Part shown: positions 1 to 8,431 of the stretch, one piece after another
How the letters are laid out: each line of letters begins with the position of its first letter
Position numbering within the stretch: the first letter of the stretch is position 1
NCBI GenBank assembly: GCA_964388265.1
Contig: CAYLXZ010000006.1
Coordinates: 1 to 32,797, forward strand
Direction: 5' to 3'
Source: Candidatus Micrarchaeota archaeon
GTDB lineage: Archaea; B1Sed10-29
DNA length: 32,797 bases
Position numbers and translations under genes: made by a program
The notes under the pieces: generated by a model
What the model was told of the DNA's origin: nothing
What the model saw: the letters and a program-made list of their open reading frames with translations, nothing else
Database searches by the model: none

Positions 1-124
1 GTGTTTTCCGCTCTGTTTCTCCTGGCTTTACTCTTTCCTTGACTTGCCTCTTCTCTCTCATCTTCTCGAACTTGTTTTTCTTCTTTTGTTTATTTTTCTT
101 CCTGTCTTTTGATTTTCTACTCAT
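1..124 (-). CDS. 5' part of a gene running off the window; basic N-terminus, product uncertain (possibly a RIO1-type kinase N-terminus)
   Basis: Manual translation from ATG at 124: MSRKSKDRKKNKQKKKNKFEKMREKRQVKERVKPGETERKT, open to the window edge and divergent from the ORF at 182. The RIO1 idea rests only on a vague resemblance. Confidence 0.55.
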   Translation of the reverse strand, partial: MSRKSKDRKKNKQKKKNKFEKMREKRQVKERVKPGETERKT

Positions 125-181
125 TCTGGACCACGTTTGAATTAAGGGTTTTATACTTATATTCCTTAATTTAAAAGTAGC

Positions 182-892
182 ATGGTTGAATCTAAAAAGA
201 AAAAGAAGAAAAAGAGAAGGCAAGAAGAACTCCCTATTCATGGAGGAAAGAGAGGGATATGGGAGGAAGTTGAAAAAGAGGTTGGGAAAAACGCTTCCTA
301 TAGGGAAAAGATACAGGAGTACAAGAAACAGATTCTGGAGAAACACCCTGAACTAGTGTCTTCAGCAGAGAAACCTAAGAAGAAACTTTCAAAGGAGAAA
401 AAGGAAGAACTAGAAGAACTGGAAATGTATTCCTTGGAACGAAAAGTAGTTAAAGGTGATGCTAAAAAGGAATTACAGAGAAACCCTGAATTAAGCCCTA
501 CCGAAGCATTGGAGAATGTAGGTGGACCCAGAGCCAGCTTATCAGCTCCTGTTCTGCAGGCAAGAGAAGATATAATGCAGGACAAAGAAGTTATAAAGGA
601 ACTTGAAGAAGTTAAGAAAAAAGCTCAGGAAGAGAAGAAAGAGAAAACAGAGGAAGAGAAGGTTTTAGAGGAGCAGGCTCAAATACGTAGAAATATAGAG
701 AAAGAAGTCAAAGCGAAAATAAAAAAATGGCCAGAAACAGATATCGAGCGAGCTATTTCAAAGGCTGCCCACACCCAAAAGAAAGGCATGGGACGAGTAG
801 CAGCTAGAAAAACTCTTCTAAATGACGAAGAATTTAAAAAAGAACTTGAAAAAATAAAGGAAGAAGCTAAAAAGGAAAAAGAGCAGAAATGA
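182..892 (+). CDS. Hypothetical K/E-rich helical protein with polybasic N-terminus
   Basis: 236-aa ORF with the A-rich codon usage typical of the window; no recognisable motif. Confidence 0.7.
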   Translation: MVESKKKKKKKRRQEELPIHGGKRGIWEEVEKEVGKNASYREKIQEYKKQILEKHPELVSSAEKPKKKLSKEKKEELEELEMYSLERKVVKGDAKKELQRNPELSPTEALENVGGPRASLSAPVLQAREDIMQDKEVIKELEEVKKKAQEEKKEKTEEEKVLEEQAQIRRNIEKEVKAKIKKWPETDIERAISKAAHTQKKGMGRVAARKTLLNDEEFKKELEKIKEEAKKEKEQK

Positions 893-967
893 ACAATATT
901 TATATACAGTTAATCTGCCACCCACATAATTAAATTTTTCGAAGCACATGAAATAAACAGGGATTAA

Positions 968-2332
968 ATGGATGAAACAGAAGTAGAATTAATGGCTGTT
1001 TCTCAAGGAACAGGACAAGAGGGATTGGGACCTGAAGAACTATCAGCCTACGGAGCATACGGGTGCTTCGAACAAGAAACGTCCTATGAAGTGTTCAAAG
1101 ACCATCTAGAAAACAAAAATGAGTCTGAAAGAGAAGAATCGGTTAAGGAAGTTCTGAAAAATAGCATTGGGAAAGGACACGGGGCGGTATCAGACCAAAG
1201 TATGTTCATATTTTCGATAAAAGACTTGCCACGTGCAGCTACCCTTCACTTTGTCCTCCCTGAATACCTAATGCATCTACAGCAATCCATGCGAAGAGCC
1301 ACACCAGAAAGAGGATATGTATTGCCTGATGAGATAAAGAACTCAGATATGGAAGAAGAAGTAAGAGAAGTACTAAATCAGTCCTTTGAAACCTACAAAA
1401 AGCTAGTGGAAAATAATATCCCAAAAGAAGACGCTAGATTTCTCCTACCCCTATACACCAAAACTAACATACAGACAGCAGGAAACCCAAGAGCCCTAAT
1501 GCACTTATACGACATGACAAGAAGAGAAAAAGTCCCAACACCCGTACGAAAAGTAGTTAACCAGATGATGGAGAAGGCAAAAGAAAGAACACCCACACTG
1601 TTCAAAGACCTTGGGTACAACTACGAAACTCTATCCTGGTACCCTGCAGCACAACTCTACGCTGAGAGAAACAGCACCCTAAAACGAATAATTAAAGAAA
1701 ACAGCTACCCCAAAGAACCTAAATTCATTAAAGAAAGGATAACCGAGGAAGCTATGGATAAAGCCATCAAAGAAAGAGACGAAGCCGAACTATCCAACCT
1801 AAAACACATTCATGACGGAGGAAAATTCCAAGGGTTCCTCTCACCAATGTCTCTAGCCTGTTTCCATCAATCAATTAGACAGAGAACTTGGAACCACTCC
1901 GTAGAATCAATCTACAGCTCTGCCAAAAGAGGAAGCATAGTCATACCTCCTTCGATAAAAAATTCAGAGCACCGTGAGGAGTTTAAAAAACAGCACACCA
2001 AAATGGTTAACCTATACAAAAGCCTTAAAGATGAAGGAATTTCTAAAGAAGAAGCTATTGGGATAGTTCCTCATTCTCTCGAACTATACGATTTCATCCA
2101 CGTTGACGGATGGAATTCCGTACACTCAATAGGAAAAAGAACGTGTACAAAAGCTCAATGGGAAATCAGAGAAATAGCAAACAAGATAGCAGAAAGAATA
2201 AGAGAAAGAAACCCTATAGTCGGCAAATACGCCTACCCGCAAGGCGTAGTGTATGGGGAATGCCCAGAAAATGACTCTTGTGGACTATGTGAAAAAATAA
2301 GGAAAAAGAGAGAAGAACAAACTAAACTGTAA
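968..2332 (+). CDS. thyX: FAD-dependent thymidylate synthase with tandem (duplicated) ThyX domains
   Basis: Domain 1 has GHGAVSDQ, QQSMRR, EDARFLLP and NPRALMH. Domain 2 has HQSIRQRTWNHSVES and KRTCTKAQWEIR. Lies immediately upstream of glyA. Confidence 0.88.
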   Translation: MDETEVELMAVSQGTGQEGLGPEELSAYGAYGCFEQETSYEVFKDHLENKNESEREESVKEVLKNSIGKGHGAVSDQSMFIFSIKDLPRAATLHFVLPEYLMHLQQSMRRATPERGYVLPDEIKNSDMEEEVREVLNQSFETYKKLVENNIPKEDARFLLPLYTKTNIQTAGNPRALMHLYDMTRREKVPTPVRKVVNQMMEKAKERTPTLFKDLGYNYETLSWYPAAQLYAERNSTLKRIIKENSYPKEPKFIKERITEEAMDKAIKERDEAELSNLKHIHDGGKFQGFLSPMSLACFHQSIRQRTWNHSVESIYSSAKRGSIVIPPSIKNSEHREEFKKQHTKMVNLYKSLKDEGISKEEAIGIVPHSLELYDFIHVDGWNSVHSIGKRTCTKAQWEIREIANKIAERIRERNPIVGKYAYPQGVVYGECPENDSCGLCEKIRKKREEQTKL

Positions 2333-2361
2333 ATTAGAGATCGAGAAGGAAGGATTAGAAG

Positions 2362-3597
2362 ATGCCGAAGAACCTCCGTGAAACAGATCCTGAGATAAAT
2401 GAAGCAATAGAGAAGGAAAGAGAAAGACAGAGAAACCAACTGGAGATGGTTGCATCCGAGAACTTCACCAGCAAAGCAGTACTCGAAGCACAAGGCTGCG
2501 TGATGACAAATAAATACGCTGAAGGACTACCAGGAGAAAGATACTACGGAGGATGTGAATACGTAGACATAGCTGAAGAAAAAGCAATAGAAAGAGCAAA
2601 AAAACTATTCAATGCAGAACACGTAAACGTACAACCTCACTCTGGTTCACAAGCGAACATGGCAGCCTATTTCTCAGTACTAGAACCAGGAGACACAATC
2701 TTAGGTCCAAAACTAAGTCATGGGGGGCACTTAAGCCATGGTAGTCCTTGGAGTTTCTCAGGACAACTCTTCGAAAAAATACCTTATAAGGTAGATCCAG
2801 AAACTGAAAGATGGAACCACGATGAAATAATGGAACTAGCTGAAGAACATAAACCTGATTTAATTCTTACTGGTTACAGCGCCTACCCAAGAAAAATAGA
2901 CTTCGAAGCCTTCAGAGAGGCAGCTGACGCGGCAGACGCCTACCTAATGGCAGATATAGCACATATAGCTGGGTTAGTGGCTGCAGGAGAACATCCTAAT
3001 CCTTTCCCAGAAGCAGATATAGTCACTTCCACTACACACAAAACTCTTCGAGGAGCAAGAGGAGGGTTTATAATGAGCAAAAGAGAACTAGGAGAAGATA
3101 TAGACTCAACTGTGTTCCCATGGATGCAAGGAGGTCCACTAATGCACGTGATAGCAGGCAAAGCAGTTACTTTTAAACAAGCAAAGGAAGAAGAATTCAA
3201 AAAATACACAGAAAAAACTGTAAAAAACTCCAAATCTTTAGCAAAGACATTAAAGGAAAGAGGAATAAGGCTTGTAACCGATGGAACAGATAATCATTTA
3301 ATACTGGCAGACGTTACTAGCATTGGATTAACAGGACAAGAAGCAGAGAACAGACTTCATGACATAGGAATAACTGTTAACAAAAATACAATTCCATTCG
3401 ACGACAAAGAACCTGAAGATCCTAGCGGAATAAGACTCGGAACTCCTGCATTAACTTCTCGAGGGATAAATGAAAGAGAAATAATTCAAATAGGAGAAAT
3501 AATAGCAGATACTCTCAAAGGAGAAGTAAAAAATGCAGAAAAACAAGTAAAGGATCTCTGTGAAGCTAACCCACTTTACCCGAAGTTAGATAAATAA
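2362..3597 (+). CDS. glyA: Serine hydroxymethyltransferase (bacterial-like, THF type)
   Basis: [50 protein letters not shown] (PLP lysine), [11 protein letters not shown]. Confidence 0.97.
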   Translation: MPKNLRETDPEINEAIEKERERQRNQLEMVASENFTSKAVLEAQGCVMTNKYAEGLPGERYYGGCEYVDIAEEKAIERAKKLFNAEHVNVQPHSGSQANMAAYFSVLEPGDTILGPKLSHGGHLSHGSPWSFSGQLFEKIPYKVDPETERWNHDEIMELAEEHKPDLILTGYSAYPRKIDFEAFREAADAADAYLMADIAHIAGLVAAGEHPNPFPEADIVTSTTHKTLRGARGGFIMSKRELGEDIDSTVFPWMQGGPLMHVIAGKAVTFKQAKEEEFKKYTEKTVKNSKSLAKTLKERGIRLVTDGTDNHLILADVTSIGLTGQEAENRLHDIGITVNKNTIPFDDKEPEDPSGIRLGTPALTSRGINEREIIQIGEIIADTLKGEVKNAEKQVKDLCEANPLYPKLDK

Positions 3598-3640
3598 ACT
3601 TCAAGATACTAAATAAAGTAGATATAAGGAAGGGAATGAA

Positions 3641-4024
3641 ATGACCGAGAAAAGACAAATATATAAATGTGAAGTATGTGGAAACATCGTAGAAGTAGTT
3701 CATGAAGGAGTAGGGGAACTAGTATGCTGTGGAGAACCGATGAAATTACTAGAAGCAGGTACAGAAGACGAAGGATATGAAAAACACGTTCCTGTGATAG
3801 AGGAAACTGAAGAAGGAATAAAAGTAAAAGTAGGGTCCAACCCACATCCAATGGAAGAAGAACACTACATAGAATGGATACAGATAATAACTGAAGAAGG
3901 AGAACACAGAGAATACCTGGAACCAGGTCAAAAACCAGAAGCGGAGTTCTCTGTTAAACCAAGTGAAATCAAGACAGCAAGAGAACACTGTAACATCCAT
4001 GGGCTATGGAAAACACCTGAATAG
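3641..4024 (+). CDS. dfx: Desulfoferrodoxin (2Fe superoxide reductase)
   Basis: N-terminal desulforedoxin CEVC...CC; catalytic EKHVP, HPM..EHYIEWI and CNIHGLW. Confidence 0.95.
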   Translation: MTEKRQIYKCEVCGNIVEVVHEGVGELVCCGEPMKLLEAGTEDEGYEKHVPVIEETEEGIKVKVGSNPHPMEEEHYIEWIQIITEEGEHREYLEPGQKPEAEFSVKPSEIKTAREHCNIHGLWKTPE

Positions 4025-4044
4025 ACAAAAAGGAGGTGAAATAT

Positions 4045-4329
4045 ATGTTATCCGAGATACCGATAGACTTAGATAAAATAAGTCAAGAAGACCTAGACAA
4101 AGAGATACTTAGAAAAAGCGTGATAGCGGAACTAGATGCAATAGACCTGTACGAGCAGATGGCACACATGACCAATGATAAGAACCTTAAGAAAGTGCTT
4201 CTAGATGTAGCAAAAGAAGAAAAAGAACATGTAGGAGAGTTCCAAGAAATGCTGGCTAGAAGAGACCCTGAACTAGTGGAAGAAATGGAAGAGGGAAAGG
4301 AAGAAGTCAAGGAAATGACAGGTAAGTAA
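4045..4329 (+). CDS. Encapsulated-ferritin-like (EncFtn/Flp) short ferritin-like protein
   Basis: AELDAIDLYEQ...LLDVAKEEKEHVGEF...DPE...EEVKE closely resembles the ferritin-like domain of Pyrococcus encapsulin fusions. Start moved to ATG 4045 because the GTG at 4036 lies inside the SD GGAGGTG (4032-4038). Confidence 0.85.
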   Translation: MLSEIPIDLDKISQEDLDKEILRKSVIAELDAIDLYEQMAHMTNDKNLKKVLLDVAKEEKEHVGEFQEMLARRDPELVEEMEEGKEEVKEMTGK

Positions 4330-4378
4330 ATCTCTCCTGTTTTTTATCTTCCTATTTTTCTATTTCTCTTATTTTTAG
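4330..4378 (+). terminator. Pyrimidine/U-rich archaeal-type terminator after the dfx-ferritin genes
   Basis: Several T tracts (TTTTTT, TTTTT, TTTTT) immediately after the stop at 4329. Confidence 0.55.
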
Positions 4379-4504
4379 GCGAATAACTTCCTATATTAGA
4401 TATCTGTCCCCTGTGATTTTAAATACTTTGAAAGTATACACACATCACGACGACTCGTACCTCGAAACTAGTGAAAAATAAAGGACAGAGAGAAGAGTGA
4501 AACT

Positions 4505-6187
4505 ATGGATGGATTAACACCTTTAACTTTGAACTTTGCAATACTAATAGCAACTGCTACTGCTCTAGTTATAGTAGCTAAAAAACTTAAACAACCTCCA
4601 CTCGTTTCCTATATACTGGCAGGGCTTCTAATTGGACCTGTAGGTCTAGATATAGTTACAGAGACCACTTCAATTGAATTCTTCTCTAAACTAGGTCTTA
4701 GTTTTCTTTTATTTTTAATAGGAACAAAGATGAACTTCAAAGGACTAAAAGATTTATTTAAACCTATACTAAGAATTTCAACGCTTCAGATTCTTATTCA
4801 TGGGGTCTTATCTGCCTCTGTAGCTTTCCTACTAGGGTTTGGAAGAACTGAAGTTATCATAATAACTCTAGCCACTATTTATTCATCAACAGCTGTTATA
4901 GTAAAGCATCTGAGCGATAGAAATGAGGCTTCCACTGTCTACGGAAAGATAGATACAGGTGTCCTCATAGTACAGGATATAGTTGTTGTAACGGCTCTTG
5001 GGTTATTGAGTTCTCCCTCATTAGGTGATCTTGAGGTTCTAGCGGTTAAATTGATTGAGGTGATCTTCTTAATCTCTATAATCGGTTTAGTGGCTTACGC
5101 TTCATCTAAAAAACTTCTTCCAAGGATATTTAGGTTCATAGCTGAAGAGAGACATGTCCTATTCATCAGCGGGATAGCTTGGGTCTTCGCCTTTATAACA
5201 GCTTCAATTTACTTTAATATATCTATAGAGATTGGTGCGTTCCTAGCTGGACTTGCTCTCGGTCAGATACCATACAGGAAAGAGCTAACTGAGAACGTGA
5301 AGCCCCTTACAGATTTCTTCATGGTTGTATTTTTCTCTTCAATAGGTTTAAGTCTTACTGAAGGAACTCTCTTTTTCTACTTGGAAGAAGCGATCATCAC
5401 GTCAGTGATATTCATCATAGGTGGGATTTTAATCATGTTCTTCCTTATCCAACGAGAAAACTTTTCACTTGAAACAGCGTTTAAAGGAAGTGTGAACATG
5501 TCTCAAACCAGTGAATTCTCTCTAATACTAGGAGCTCTTGCAGTTACCCAAGGATTCATCCACTCCAATATTTTAGGATACATTGCTCTCATTGCAATCA
5601 TCACAATGTCCGTATCAGCGTACCTTATCCACTACAATGATCTTCTGTTCAAAAAGATACGTCCTTATTTATCTAGATTCGAATCTGGAGAAGTGGAAAA
5701 AACTGAGGAGGGACTGGAAGGCCACGCATTAATAGTAGGGTATAACCAGATGAGTGAAGCAGTACTGCCTGTAATTCAAGATCACTTCAAACAAGTGGCA
5801 GTAGTGGACAAAGACCCTGAAAAAGTAGAGAGGCTGAAGAAGAAAAACCTGAAGTACATTTTCGGGGACTTCAAGCACAGTAACATCCAAAGATCAATGG
5901 GTTTAGGGAAAGCAGATCTGATAATAAGCTTCGCTGAAGAAGAAGCACTAAACAGAGAAATAATAGAGGAATGTAGGGAGGATGCATTAGTATTCATAGA
6001 AACCAGATCCATAGAGCAAGCTGCCGAATACTATGACTTAGGAGCAGATTACATTATAAGAGAAAACGAACTCACTGCTGAAAAAATGAAAGATTACCTT
6101 GGTCAATTTATTGAAGATACACCTAAATTCATGGAGAAAGTGGAGAAAGATAGAGAGTCACTCATATGGGGTGGAGAGAGTGATTGA
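4505..6187 (+). CDS. CPA2 (Kef-type) cation:proton antiporter with C-terminal TrkA-N/RCK domain
   Basis: Multi-TM N-terminal domain with YILAGLLIGP, SSTAV, LIVQD, GAFLAG and SQTSEFSLI; C-terminal Rossmann-like HALIVGY...VVDKDP...IFGD. Confidence 0.92.
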   Translation: MDGLTPLTLNFAILIATATALVIVAKKLKQPPLVSYILAGLLIGPVGLDIVTETTSIEFFSKLGLSFLLFLIGTKMNFKGLKDLFKPILRISTLQILIHGVLSASVAFLLGFGRTEVIIITLATIYSSTAVIVKHLSDRNEASTVYGKIDTGVLIVQDIVVVTALGLLSSPSLGDLEVLAVKLIEVIFLISIIGLVAYASSKKLLPRIFRFIAEERHVLFISGIAWVFAFITASIYFNISIEIGAFLAGLALGQIPYRKELTENVKPLTDFFMVVFFSSIGLSLTEGTLFFYLEEAIITSVIFIIGGILIMFFLIQRENFSLETAFKGSVNMSQTSEFSLILGALAVTQGFIHSNILGYIALIAIITMSVSAYLIHYNDLLFKKIRPYLSRFESGEVEKTEEGLEGHALIVGYNQMSEAVLPVIQDHFKQVAVVDKDPEKVERLKKKNLKYIFGDFKHSNIQRSMGLGKADLIISFAEEEALNREIIEECREDALVFIETRSIEQAAEYYDLGADYIIRENELTAEKMKDYLGQFIEDTPKFMEKVEKDRESLIWGGESD

Positions 6188-6188
6188 A

Positions 6189-7799
6189 ATGATAAATTCT
6201 CTCTCGCTAGTGTTCATAGTAGCTTCGATAATGCTATTCATATTCTATAAATTGAATCACCCTCATATTCCTGCCTATATAATCGCAGGGATTCTAGTAT
6301 CTCCGTTCGTGAGTGAAGCTGGAATTATACCTCTAGCTGAGATAGGTATAGCTTTCTTGGTATTTATATTTGGATCTAGCCTGAAGCTAGAAGAAACTGA
6401 GAAAGCCATGGAAAGCACAGCCATACTAACAATAAGCCAAGTAGCAATAATTGGGTCCCTAGTATTTCTTTACGCCTACATAATTGGCTTTGGGGCTCTT
6501 AATTCAATTTACCTAGCTGTAGCAGCTTCCTTAAGCTCATCGTTGGTTGGAATGGAATTAATAGAAGGTAGAAGAATTAAGTTAGCATATAAAAGACTCT
6601 GTAATTCTATAAATTTAACTCAGGACCTCATTGCCATATTAGTTTTCTTGGTCCTTGCTTCTTTCCCACTCACTCAGGCAGGGGTTCTTTCAAACATACA
6701 GATAGGAGCGTTAATATTGCTCTTAGGGTTTATGGCTCGGTTCTTAGTTCCTTATCTGCTTGAATTCCTGAAACGTTCATCTGAAGCCTCAATGCTCGTG
6801 GCTCTTGCCTTGCTACTGTCCTTTACTTCTTTATCTCAGTATTTCGGTATCTCAATCGTGATAGGTTCATTCGCGGCTGGGATTGCTTTATCAAAACCTC
6901 CTTATGATGAAGAGATAATAGATATATTCGAACCACTTAAAGACTTCTTCTCGGCCTTATTTTTCGTTTCTTTAGGTGCTTTAGTTATGATTCCAAATCT
7001 ATCGATTATATTAACATCTTTAGGGTTAATAGTTGTTATAACGATAGTAAAACCACTTTTCACTGTCTTACTGCTTGAATCTGAAGGATATAGTAGGGGA
7101 ACCTCTCTTATGACTGCGCTTAACCTTGATCAGATGAGTGAATTTGCCTTGATACTAGCTATCTATGCTTACGTGGCGGATATGATTATTCCTACTGTTT
7201 TCCAGGCTATTATACTGTCAGCAGTGGTTACAATGATAATAAGCTCTTATACTAGCAGACATGTTTGGGATATCTATGACAGGGTAAAGGGCTACTGGCT
7301 GTTCAATCTCTCTAACCTGGAGTTCGTGGAATCAGAGGTGCCTCAAGATCTCTCTGGCCACTTCATTATAGCAGGATATGATATACAGGGAGGGGAAATA
7401 GCTGATTTCCTCGAGGAAAAAGACCAACAAGTAGTCGTGATTGATAATGATCCTGAAAGAATTCTTGAAGCTAAAGAGAAAGATATGAACTATATATATG
7501 GGGATTTAATGATCCAGAAAACCTGGGAAGAAGCAAGATTTAAAGAAGCACAGATGATTATATCAACAGTTCCACTTCAGAACATAACAGAAAAAGTAAT
7601 TGGGTTAGGTACCTCAGCATACAAAATAGTTCGTGCGAAACATCTTGAAGAGGCTAGAAGATACATAGAAGATGTATTGTACGTGATAGTTCCCAGGTAT
7701 TTATCTTCTAATAGATTAATTGAGCATCTTAAGGGTTGTCTGAACAGCGAGGGTTATAGAAAGAAGCTTAGAAGGATAAGTAGAACAGAGTTAACTTAA
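6189..7799 (+). CDS. Second CPA2 (Kef-type) antiporter with TrkA-N domain
   Basis: YIIAGI, LSSSLV, NLTQD, GSFAAG, DFFSALFFVSLG, QMSEFALI, FIIAGY...VIDNDP...IYGD. Start placed at ATG 6189, 1 nt after the upstream stop. Confidence 0.9.
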   Translation: MINSLSLVFIVASIMLFIFYKLNHPHIPAYIIAGILVSPFVSEAGIIPLAEIGIAFLVFIFGSSLKLEETEKAMESTAILTISQVAIIGSLVFLYAYIIGFGALNSIYLAVAASLSSSLVGMELIEGRRIKLAYKRLCNSINLTQDLIAILVFLVLASFPLTQAGVLSNIQIGALILLLGFMARFLVPYLLEFLKRSSEASMLVALALLLSFTSLSQYFGISIVIGSFAAGIALSKPPYDEEIIDIFEPLKDFFSALFFVSLGALVMIPNLSIILTSLGLIVVITIVKPLFTVLLLESEGYSRGTSLMTALNLDQMSEFALILAIYAYVADMIIPTVFQAIILSAVVTMIISSYTSRHVWDIYDRVKGYWLFNLSNLEFVESEVPQDLSGHFIIAGYDIQGGEIADFLEEKDQQVVVIDNDPERILEAKEKDMNYIYGDLMIQKTWEEARFKEAQMIISTVPLQNITEKVIGLGTSAYKIVRAKHLEEARRYIEDVLYVIVPRYLSSNRLIEHLKGCLNSEGYRKKLRRISRTELT

Positions 7800-8351
7800 T
7801 TAAATCTTCGCAGACACTATATTGTCATTTAGGTCATTGATCACTTTCCTAGCTACATCTTGCTTTCTCTTCAGGTTGTTTACCATAGAGTTAGGATAAC
7901 TGAATCTATTGAACTTCACGTAAAGATTCTCTAATCTTCTTTTCATCTCTTCAGCTGTTTCTATATCTCCTTCTCCAAGTTTATCCATGGCGAATCTTTT
8001 AAGTTCTCCTATAGCGTCTCCTAAACCGGTTAAATAGTATCTGTCTGGTACATCTATTTCAGGTAGCTCTTTATCTTCTAGATAGCTTTTAACTATGCAG
8101 AGCTCGGCGTATTCCTGATAGCTTTTACCAAGAGCCTTATCCATCAGAACAGGGCGGCCTTCTAAAATTTCTTCACATTCTTTTATTATTCTGTGTGCTT
8201 TTTTCTTCTTTTTTTCAACCCCAGGAAAATTTTCTTGGTGTATCGCTTTTATACCTTCCTGGCAGAGGGGTAGAATGTCTCTACGTTTCTTTAGAACTTC
8301 TTCTCTCTTCTCGTAAGCGTCTTCCAGTTCTTTCTCTATCTTATCTAACAT
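7800..8351 (-). CDS. Translin/Trax (archaeal C3PO-like) RNase family protein
   Basis: All-helical 183 aa with QEYAE, YLTGLGDAIGELKR and LKRKQDVAR; the acidic catalytic residues appear retained. Confidence 0.85.
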   Translation of the reverse strand: MLDKIEKELEDAYEKREEVLKKRRDILPLCQEGIKAIHQENFPGVEKKKKKAHRIIKECEEILEGRPVLMDKALGKSYQEYAELCIVKSYLEDKELPEIDVPDRYYLTGLGDAIGELKRFAMDKLGEGDIETAEEMKRRLENLYVKFNRFSYPNSMVNNLKRKQDVARKVINDLNDNIVSAKI

Positions 8352-8431
8352 GTGTTAATTATATCGATCTTCGAATAAAACACTTATTGCAATAACCTTA
8401 AATTCCAGGATAAGGACAAATTAGCAACACC

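Noticed and set aside
140..171. AATTAAGG/CCTTAATT inverted repeat in the first divergent promoter
   Set aside because: AT-rich and explainable by symmetric bidirectional promoter elements.
6099..6188. N-terminal extension of the second CPA2 from the TTG at 6099
   Set aside because: It overlaps the upstream gene; ATG 6189 gives a normal CPA2 N-terminus.
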